DNA of 64,000 nucleotides from Octopus vulgaris. Taxonomy: Eukaryota. Positions within the stretch are counted from its first letter, which is position 1, and every line of letters begins with the position of its first letter. This document shows positions 54,891 through 64,000 of this stretch, in pieces. The stretch is taken from the NCBI GenBank assembly GCA_951406725.2, contig OX597819.1:17050001-17114000 (forward strand), written 5' to 3'. Under the pieces are notes generated by a model. It did no database searches. It saw nothing but the letters and a program-made list of their open reading frames with translations, and was not told the DNA's origin. The translations under genes and the position numbers were made by a program.

Positions 54891-55823
54891 ATATATCAGC
54901 TGTAAGCAAACGTAACAACAAAACACAGACTGTCGACATGAGTTTTAATAATTCATCATGATGGAGGCTGTGTGAAAAAAAGCTGAACTGACTGTGACAA
55001 GCAACTAAAATCATATTCAAGTAATTCAGAAGAGCAAAAACCACAAAAATTTAACTTTATGCCATTCTATCAGATGTATGACTCTGTACTCAAGGATGTA
55101 ACGTTGTCCATGCCATATCAGATCTCGTATTTCAATACACGAATGCAATACTGAGACAGAAAAATAAATAATTAAATAAAAAAATAAAGTTGTTTCACTT
55201 AAAAAACAACAACAACAATACAAAACCCAACAATTACGTGGCGACATCGAAGTAGTTTCCAGGAGATGAAACAGTAATGTTTAGTCCTTTCAAATGTTCA
55301 GATCAAGATGATTTTCTTTTTCTGAAATTATTCCTAAATATTTAAATATTGTAAATATATCAGGCTTGCTATCACACAGATTAATGTTAAAAGATTAATG
55401 CAGTTATAATACTACTGCGGACAAAAAAGTAAAGAAACGGAATGTAGGGACGATACCCAGTTTAGTTATTCAGTTCATTGAAATAAATGTCACCGAAGCA
55501 AAAATTACAGCCCATGGACATAATCACAAGAAAATAATATATATTTTAGGAGTTATACTTATTTCTTGAAGGTCGGGAGTGGGTTTATATTCACATTGAA
55601 AAGAACAGAAACTCCCAATTACTTAGCATTGAGGATATGTAATTCACAAAGCCAGATATTGTCAAAAATGAGGAACCAACATTATTAGAAAGGAAGATAA
55701 TCACTCGCAAATACGATTAAAGTTTATTATGCAGATACTAACGATGAAAGACATAAAAGAAAGGAAAAAGAGAAAAAGTATACAATAAATAAACTGATCT
55801 ATAAAAACCACAGCCTTTCTTTC

Positions 55824-55854
<31 letters not shown>

Positions 55855-56080
55855 ACATTTCTGTGATAACGATCCCTATTATTCATTTTTTTTTCTCCCC
55901 CTCCCTTTTTTTTTAACCCCTCCATTTTTTTGTCCTTTTTCTTTCCTTTTACGATCCCTTTTGATCGAAAACCACCACTCTCTTTTTTTTAAAATTTTTT
56001 TTTTTACCCCCAAAAGAAAAACTCTACCTTGTAATTTGTTCTATCTGTGTGCAGCCCTGTGTGGCTAATAAAGAAACATA
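55855..56080 (+). mobile_element. 3' UTR-only fragment of an L1/Tx1-like LINE within (TATC)n
   Basis: Shares ACGATCCCT(A/T)TTGATCGA with the 47300-48088 tail; ends in AATAAAGAAA; TATC repeats on both sides. Confidence 0.5.
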
Positions 56081-56100
56081 TCTATCTATCTAACTATCTA

Positions 56101-56144
<44 letters not shown>

Positions 56145-56155
56145 CCCATCTACCC

Positions 56156-56203
<48 letters not shown>

Positions 56204-56680
56204 GTCTGTCTGTCTGTCTGTCTGTCTGTATGTCTGCCTGCCTGTCTGTGTGTATGTGTTGTGTAAATGTGTGTGTTTGTATATGTACACACACACAAAC
56301 ACACACATTTATAAATATGTGTGTGTGTGTGTGTGTGTGTAGTGGGTATATGCACAGCTACACATGCACACACCCGTACATACACACACATACATGAACA
56401 AATCCATGTACGCTCGCTCACATATAAGGAGAGATATACATATGGTCTCAATTGCCATATAGTAATTATGACACATCTTCTAAATAATTTTAATAAATCA
56501 TGAATTTATGTTGCATGTTATTTGATATAACAGTATTTGTCTATGTTGTTGAAATACAGGCCACTACAAATTACATGCCACTGCCAAAACTTACACATTA
56601 CCTATGCCAAAAAAGTCTTCATTTTTTTTGTTTGTAAATGTGTAAGTCCCTGGCCTACTGGACACAGGGCTGTTAAATTG

Positions 56681-56725
56681 TCGTGCTGATGATGCATATT
56701 GAGGCAGAAACACGTCACCCAGACC
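56681..56725 (+). ncRNA. Minimal hammerhead-like motif
   Basis: CTGATGA-TGC-atattgag-GCA-GAAAC-AC-GTC: canonical core and GUC triplet, but stem I (GTG/CAC) is out of register by one base. Confidence 0.45.
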
Positions 56726-57138
56726 GAAGACTTATCGCCAGATAAAAAAAAAAATTCTCTTTTACCTTTATGACAGATCATCTTCGGAGATATTTCCGGA
56801 GATTATCTCTCTTTCCCTGCTGGTCTTAACTGCCTTTCTGTAATTATGGCATATTCTCTAGCGGCGGAGGTAATTTTAATAAGTCAAGAAGTTATGTCAC
56901 ATGGTATTTGATATACCTGCATTCGTGTGTTTGTATGTGTGTGTGTGTGTGTGTGTGTATCCTTATATGCGAGACCATGCACGTATTCATATATGCATTT
57001 GTATAGATGTATATACACACATACATATATGTGTGTGTGTGTATATATATATGTATATATATATGTATAAATATATATATACGTGTATATATATACATAT
57101 ATATACATATATACGTATATATATACATATATATATAT

Positions 57139-57204
<66 letters not shown>

Positions 57205-57301
57205 GTATATAAACACACATTTGCACGCACACACTCACATGTACATGGATAGATATCTGTATATATATGTACGCACACACACACACACGCAAACACATAT
57301 A

Positions 57302-58549
57302 TCAGGTCATCCCATAAGTTCTGTTCGATTTTATCTTTTTTAAAATTGAATGAAATTTAATAGTATTTTAGAATGTCTAATGGAATTAAAAATTATTTTT
57401 ATGCATTTGTGCACATTTAAACTAATTAAATATTATTTTACAGAATAATAGAATTAAAATTTCAATGATTAAAACCCTTTCTAACATGGAAGTATCCAAA
57501 GAGCATTTGAGTAAAAAAAGGAAACTACAGCCGTAGTGACTCGAAACACACACTCAGTTTATGGGAAAGAATGCTTGAATGAAAGAACTTGCAGAAGATG
57601 GCTTGCAAAATTTAGAAGTGGAGATTTCAGCCTTGAAGATGAAGATTGAACAGGACGTCCAGTTGAGTTTGATTATAAGTTACTTAAAGAAAATCCTGCA
57701 TTGTCACTTGGAGAATTGAAAATAAAGCTTAGTTCAAACCATACAACTGCACATCATCATCTTCAACAACTTGGAAAGGTTCCTAAACTTGGAAAATGGG
57801 TGCCTCAGGAAATGCCCAAAAGCAACCGCTAATCCCGAGTTGACATCTACTCTTCTCTCCATTCTCGTGAACTCATTTCACCCTTTTTGGATAGACTTGT
57901 GACTGGTGATGAAAAATGGATCTTCTATCGAAATGTTAAATGTCGTAAACAGTGGACTAGTAAAAGGGAAAAGCTTAACCACAACCGAGAAGGGATCTTC
58001 ATGGGAAAAAGGTTCTTCTCTCAATCTGGTGGGATTGCATAGGAGTAATTCACTTTGAATTGTTACCACCTATTGCAACAATCAATGCTCAAGTCTACTG
58101 TCAGCAATTAGCGCGTTTGAACCAAGCTTTGAAGAAAAAAGACCCGCTTTAGTGAATCGAAAAGGAGTGATGTTTCATCAGGACAATGCGTGACCCCACA
58201 CTGCAAAGATCACATCATAGAAGATCGAAGAGCTTGATTGGGAAAAAATTCCTCATCCACCTTATTCTCCCGACCTTGCTCCTTCAGACTACCATTTGTT
58301 TCGTAGTTTACAGAATCATTTGGGGGACATAACTTTCTCAAGCCAGGAGGAGGTCGAAACTGACATTTCAGAGTTCTTCGCTTTGAAACCAAATGAGTTT
58401 TACATTGATGAGATTCAAAAGCTTGTAAATAGATGGAAGGAAGTCATAGATAATCAGGGAAAGTACATTGATGATTAAATTTCAATTAAATATAACATTT
58501 GATCACTTGTTTTCTTTATTCAAAATTCGGATAGAACTTATGGGATGAC

Positions 58550-58553
<4 letters not shown>
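57302..58553 (+). mobile_element. Full-length mariner DNA transposon (1252 bp)
   Basis: TA TSDs; TIRs TCAGGTCATCCCATAAGTTCT(G/A)T.CGA.TTT at both ends. Confidence 0.95.
57486..58478 (+). pseudogene. Mariner DD34D transposase pseudogene
   Basis: MEVSKEHL..GKWVPQE..LVTGDEKWIFY..HQDNA*PHTA..HPPYSPDLAPSDYHLFRSLQNHL..GKYIDD*, with stops and frameshifts. Confidence 0.93.
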
Positions 58554-58614
<61 letters not shown>

Positions 58615-58615
<1 letters not shown>

Positions 58616-59836
58616 AGATTCAGTTGAAATAGGTACTTAAGCTGAAGCACCAAGTCAGTGCAGTATTATCCGTACAACTTAATGTGAGGTGAATAAAATC
58701 AAAATAAGCAACAGGATATCAAGAAGTGATGCAGTACGACCGTTTCAAGCGGCTCCATTTAATTGAACAATGCAATCATTACATCAATTCAAATGCAGGG
58801 CTATCCTCAGCTGCATAAATAAATAGAACTTTTAATCAGTTGGACATATTAATATAATTTTACTCAATTTCTCTAATAGAGCAAGAAGAGGGAAAGATTC
58901 CTTGTTGCTATTAATATTGCTAAGAATATACTACACGTCTAAGAACTGTATGAAGTTTGTTGGGACCACAACTTGTAAAGGATTGTGGTTCATTTTTAAT
59001 TTATTAGTCTTCTTTTTATCAACTACCAAATCTAAGGCTAGAACACAATGTCTGTTGAGAAAGGAGGGCAGGAATGAGTTGACAGTTTATAGTTGGGTAT
59101 GGTTATAAATATTGTCAGGATTTTAGTATTTTTTATAAGTACTTTCTATAAAGGAGGCTGGGTAGGGGAAGACCCCAAATCAAGATGTTAATTACCAGTT
59201 AAAGGGGCAAGAGGCTAATAAAATCTATGATGTTAATACAGAGAAAATTATTATGGGGTACTATGGATGATTGTATATAAACCATATTGTTATGTTATAT
59301 AAAAGTTTAATATTACTAAAAATGATATTGTAACCAGAATAGATAAAATGTGTATATATGCCAATTTTCAACATTAGAAAGGGAAGATTACATAGAATTA
59401 GTTTAATATTCATTCCTGTACTTAATTATTTACTTATAAGGTGATTTTTATGAAGATTGCTCTGGGTATTAACTTATGGAATACTGGGGCTATAAATCAT
59501 GCTATCTTTATATTAATTATAATCTAAGAATCAGAAAAAAATCAGAAAAATAAGTTGTACACAGATACATACGCATATTTAACTATGTGCACACATGCAA
59601 ATATACACAAATATTTGTACTTTATATTGGGTATGTTATAATCAACTCTCTTCTTGGTCTATTAGAGAATTTGAGAAAAATTATATTAATGTGTCCAACT
59701 GATTAAAAATTATCTTTATTCACGCAGCCTTGCATTTTAATTGATGTAATGATTGCATTGTTCAATTAAACAATTAAGGGAAGCTGCTTGAAACGGTCGT
59801 ATTGCATCACCTCTTGATATTCTGTTGCTTATTTTG

Positions 59837-59838
<2 letters not shown>
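58615..59838. mobile_element. Penelope-type element with inverted ~190-bp pseudo-LTRs, inserted in (TA)n
   Basis: 58698-58890 is inverted relative to 59647-59838; AT-rich interior; (TA)n on both flanks. Confidence 0.7.
58729..58816 (-). ncRNA. Type-I hammerhead ribozyme motif with intact core
   Basis: ATGCAG-CTGAGGA-(T AGC..long hairpin..GCT T)-GAAAC-GGTC-GTA-CTGCAT: perfect 6-bp stem I, CUGAnGA, GAAAC and a GUA triplet. Confidence 0.7.
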
Positions 59839-59872
<34 letters not shown>

Positions 59873-59879
59873 ATGCGTG

Positions 59880-59928
<49 letters not shown>

Positions 59929-59982
59929 CAATACTAGAGTATTGCTTTCCAGTAAAGAATAGCCCGTGAGGGAAAAATATAC

Positions 59983-60052
59983 AAAGAAGTAAATATATGG
60001 CACAACGAAGTACCGATATCGGTACTTCGTTGTGCCATATATTTACTTCTTT
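59983..60052. repeat. Perfect 70-bp palindrome with no loop
   Basis: AAAGAAGTAAATATATGGCACAACGAAGTACCGAT|ATCGGTACTTCGTTGTGCCATATATTTACTTCTTT. Confidence 0.97.
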
Positions 60053-60059
60053 ATATATG

Positions 60060-60114
<55 letters not shown>

Positions 60115-60605
60115 CTCTATATATACACATACGCATCTATCCATGTACGTGTGTGTTGTGTGCGTGTGAGTAAAGTTCAACATGTTATCAGTGAACCGAG
60201 ACTTCGACTAACTGACACGGCAAATCCAGTTTACATTTTATCATTATTTATTCTATTATTGGAATGACAGAATTGGTAGGGCGGAAGACCGAATGCTTTT
60301 TTGTGGTATTTATATCCAATTTTAATGGCTTATCAGATGAAGAAGGACAGTGCCAATGCCAATAACTTATTTGCAGTTCTCTGAGATTTGTGAATGTGGG
60401 AGTAAGAAGCTAATTCGTGTAAGCGGGAAGTAAGACAACTCAACATATCAAGTTACCCTGACACCAAAAAACGTACTCTTAGTCCTGGCAACAGAGCGGA
60501 TCCGCTAAAGGCTGTTCTGGCCGTTGTGTGAGAGCTTGCATGTATGTATGTATGTATGCATGAGTATGTATGTATGTATGTATGTATGTATGGATGGATG
60601 TATGT

Positions 60606-60672
<67 letters not shown>

Positions 60673-60865
60673 AAACATACGTATGATTGGTTTCTCTCAC
60701 GCACTAGAATTAAATCATTGAAGTTTCGGCTCAAATGTTAATCGCGTTAAACTCGCACCGTCACTTGCACACACAGATCCTCCGCAGTCAGATTTGAGCT
60801 ATGACGTAATACAAAGAGCACAGCAATAATAATAATTATAATAATAATAATAATAATGTGTGTGT

Positions 60866-61187
60866 GACCCCCTTCGGTCATGAATGACCATGGGATTGCA
60901 CCTAGAAAGTTACCCTCCTAGACACAAGTCTGGGCAAGGTTGTTTATGGAAGACCAGCAGTCGCCCATGCATACCAGCCTCCCCTCTCCACGCCACCAGT
61001 GTTATCCAAGAGAAAGACAAAGGTCGATACAGCTTGGCACCAGTGACGTCGCAACTCATTTCTACAGCTGAGTGAACTGGAGCAACGTGAAATAAAGTGC
61101 CTTGCTCAAGAACACAACACGCAGCCCGGTCCGGGATTCGAGCTCACAACCTCACGATCGTAAGCTCGACGCTCTAACCACTGAGCC

Positions 61188-61189
<2 letters not shown>
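60866..61189 (-). mobile_element. CORE-type tRNA(Arg-like) SINE, family D, full length
   Basis: Minus strand TGGCTCAGTGGTTAGAGCG..CTTACGATC..GAGCTCGAATCCC, then TTGAGCAAGGCACTTT..CACTCAGCTGTAGAAATGAG. Confidence 0.92.
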
Positions 61190-61272
<83 letters not shown>

Positions 61273-61292
61273 TAATAATAATAATAATAATG

Positions 61293-61380
<88 letters not shown>

Positions 61381-61389
61381 CCATCATCA
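61190..61389. repeat. (AAT)n then (ATC)n; the (ATC)n is the tail of the adjacent RTE
   Basis: Direct inspection. Confidence 0.95.
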
Positions 61390-61841
61390 TTGTTCGACCG
61401 TGGTCGAGACAATGGAATTTACCATGTTACGCCAGACTTCACGGTCCATCATGGCATTACGGAGGTCCTGTTGCTGGATGCCTGTATCCCTGGAGATTAC
61501 ATCAGGGTAGGAGAGAGTGCGCCCTCTGGTATTGCGAGTAGATGGCTTCCAGAGGAGAAGAGTAGAAATTACTTCTTTTTCAGCTCTACAACAATGTCCA
61601 GCAAACTGGACTCTCCTACCTTTCACAAGAGATGACACAGGTGGTAGTTTCCCATATATTTGCATTTTGGTTGGATGGAGCTTCCACGAGAGATTTTGAG
61701 CTCTCATAAGGAGGCGAGTGTAGGTTCCATCCAACCGCCTCTCAAGCTTCTTTGATAACGTCCAGGTTTCTGAGCCATATAGTAGAATTGGTTCGACTGT
61801 GGCTTTGAAGATTTCAGGTTTGAAGTCTCTACTTAGATTTG
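61387..61841 (-). mobile_element. 5'-truncated RTE-clade LINE, uninterrupted C-terminal reading frame
   Basis: FKATVEPILLYGSETWTL..RRVQFAGHCCR..AMMDREVWR..* followed by a (TGA)n tail. Confidence 0.92.
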
Positions 61842-61910
<69 letters not shown>

Positions 61911-62197
61911 GAACTTGGATATTGAGTTGGTGCTTATATATTTCATCTGTTACATATGTTTCAGTATTCTGCAACGCATAGCATCACACTATAGATGCAA
62001 CCAGTAGATGCATCAGTATAGCAGCCAACACATCGTCTGGCAGTTAAAGAGGAAATACGTGATATCGGTAATAGGGACTTGACTGAGACCTCATGTACCG
62101 CCTCCCAACGGCTTATACAAACTGATTCAATCAGCTGTTAGAGGAAAAAACATGACGTACTCGTCGAGTTTATTGCTCTAGCGATAGGTTGCAGAAA

Positions 62198-62460
62198 CGC
62201 GTGACTTAGTGGTTAGGGTGTTTGGTTCATGGTCGTAAGATTGTGGTTTCGATTCTTGGATCAAGCGATGTGTTGTGTTCTTGAGCAAAACACTTCATTT
62301 CACATTGCTCCAGTCCATTCAGCTGGCAAAAAAGGAGCAACTCTGCGACGGACCGTGGTCCCATCAATATGGGGAATGTATACGCCATGGAAACCGGGAA
62401 ACCGACCCTTAAGAGTAAGGATGACTCGGGAAGGAAACTTTATCTAAACTTTACCTTTAG
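62198..62460 (+). mobile_element. tRNA-derived SINE with CORE-like and Meta-like domains
   Basis: GTGACTTAGTGGTTAGGGTG..GGTTTCGATTC..CTTGAGCAAAACACTT..CTGCGACGGAC..GCCATGGAAACCGGG..ACTTTAC tail. Confidence 0.8.
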
Positions 62461-62585
62461 GAACAGATTTCATCCAATCTGTTGCGTTGTCCCATAATGA
62501 TTTATTGCACACACATACGTATACACACACATCCCTACATACATACATGCATGCATGCATCCATACAAACATGCATCCATGCGTG

Positions 62586-62611
62586 GACAGAACTTATGGG
62601 ATGTCCTGATA
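62586..62611. mobile_element. Orphan mariner TIR
   Basis: AGAACTTATGGGATGTCCTGATA matches the right end of 57302-58553 (AGAACTTATGGGATGACCTGATA) with one mismatch. Confidence 0.65.
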
Positions 62612-63052
62612 TATTGATATGCGCATATTTTTACACTTGAATCGTGTTGGCACATTAAAAAGGGCTGTAAGCATTATGTCTCTTGAACTTTGTGCCTCCC
62701 TTGCAGGTTGACAGCTACTCGTGCTGATGTTTCTTCCCGAATGGGAAAGTCCTAAAAACACAACAAAGCGTCATTGCTGGTAAGTTCTTGTCCTCGCCAG
62801 AACTCTTTTCCTTCCTGTGAGCAAAAGGTGCAACGTGAGATTCCCTGATAGCATATTTTCAGAAAGTGTTCTTGAATTTCATAGGACTGTAGAACTAAAA
62901 ATTAGTGTGTGTCTTAAATACCTTGATCAGAATTGGGTAGTAAGGGGACTATCCAACCATATACAATTCTATATTTAAGAGATGAGGAATTATGTACATT
63001 ATTTACATTATTTACATTTGACGGATATTTGTCCTCATCTTGATTGTTGTTA

Positions 63053-63096
63053 ACACAGCGTTTCGGCTGATATACCCTCCAGCCTTCATCAGGTGT
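63053..63096 (-). ncRNA. Minimal type-I hammerhead motif (copy 1)
   Basis: ACAC-CTGATGA-A-GGCTG-gagggtatat-CAGCC-GAAAC-GCT-GTGT; the triplet reads GCU in this copy. Confidence 0.65.
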
Positions 63097-63218
63097 CTTG
63101 GGGAAATTTAACCATTACGCCATATACCTGTGGCATATGTCATAGTGGTGAGGAGTTCGAGCTACTAACTCCAAGATTCCGAGTTCAATTCCAGGCAGTG
63201 ACCTGAATAATAATAACC

Positions 63219-63306
<88 letters not shown>

Positions 63307-63325
63307 TATTAATAATAATAATAAT

Positions 63326-63626
63326 GACCTGGAAATAGAGGTAACTAGAATGTGGAATCTGAAAACAGAAACAATTCCTATCATAGTAGGTGCATTAGGC
63401 ATGATAAAAAAATATTCAGACAAATACATAACAAAAACACCAGGACTTACAAACACATATAACATACAGAAAATTGCACTACTAGGCACTGCCCACATCC
63501 TACGCAGAACACTTTCCATACAATAACCATCAGAGCATCACAACAAATCACAGCACCTACCCAAGGCACACAGAGCTGCGCTCGGTAGTGAAGTGAAAGC
63601 ACGCTATAAAAATAAAAATAAAACTA

Positions 63627-63630
<4 letters not shown>
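63326..63630 (+). mobile_element. R4/Dong-like retrotransposon 3' end inserted in (TAA)n
   Basis: DLEIEVTRMWNLKTETIPIIVGALGMIKK..IQKIALLGTAHILRRTLSIQ* plus a short 3' UTR; TAA repeats on both sides. Confidence 0.92.
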
Positions 63631-63673
<43 letters not shown>

Positions 63674-63729
63674 TATTAACATCGAAAAATAACTTAGGAA
63701 TGAGAACCCAGGTTCGAAATTTCTGTAAT

Positions 63730-63774
63730 ACACCTCATGAAGGCTGGAGGGTATTATCAGCCGAAATGTTGTGT
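63730..63774 (+). ncRNA. Minimal type-I hammerhead motif (copy 2, core mutated)
   Basis: ACAC-CTCATGA-A-GGCTG-gagggtattat-CAGCC-GAAAT-GTT-GTGT. Confidence 0.55.
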
Positions 63775-64000
63775 TATCAACAAACAAGATGAGGACAAAT
63801 ATCCGTCAAATGTAAATAATGGAAATAATGTATCCAACCAAAGCTTAGCAACTTTCGATATCGGTTGCTTTTCTTCTGTAGCTATCTTCAACTGTTTGGT
63901 TCTCTTTGACGTATTCCATGCAAAATATATTTATGTTGGCACCAGAAGGATCACCGGCCGCTTTGTGTATATATACTTATTTATTAATTTTTAAAGCGTG

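Larger units (their letters stand above)
62960..63830 (+). mobile_element. Composite non-autonomous element: tRNA-like head, (TAA)n and hammerhead-bearing tail, with an inverted partial copy upstream
   Basis: Inverted tail ~62997-63109; inverted head start 63110-63125; head 63132-63206; tail ~63680-63830; TATCCAACCA direct repeat at 62950-62959 and 63831-63840. Confidence 0.75.

Overview
AT-rich, repeat-saturated eukaryotic DNA. The SINE families and very dense (TA)/(CA)/(GA)/(TAA)/(TATC) microsatellites suggest an octopod cephalopod (Octopus-like); this is an inference from family recognition, not from a search. I found no intact host gene. Almost all ORFs in the track are microsatellite translations or transposon relics. 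DNA transposons: one full-length Tc1, two full-length mariners (all with inactivated transposases), mariner fragments and MITEs, a Helitron 3' end, and a decayed Helitron RepHel split by a mariner. Retroelements: R4/Dong-like, RTE, CR1/L2 and L1/Tx1 LINE fragments, a Gypsy RT relic, three Penelope-like (PLE) GIY-YIG fragments and at least four tRNA-derived SINE families. The most notable signal is a set of non-coding fold-back (head-to-head inverted) elements carrying minimal type-I hammerhead-ribozyme motifs. One of them (62960-63830) joins a tRNA-like Pol III head, a (TAA)n spacer and a hammerhead tail, i.e. a candidate Penelope-mobilised 'ribozyme SINE'. Also notable: a perfect 70-bp palindrome, a ~500-bp old fold-back and a CpG-rich ETS-CRE promoter-like island. 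All motif and protein assignments were made by eye.
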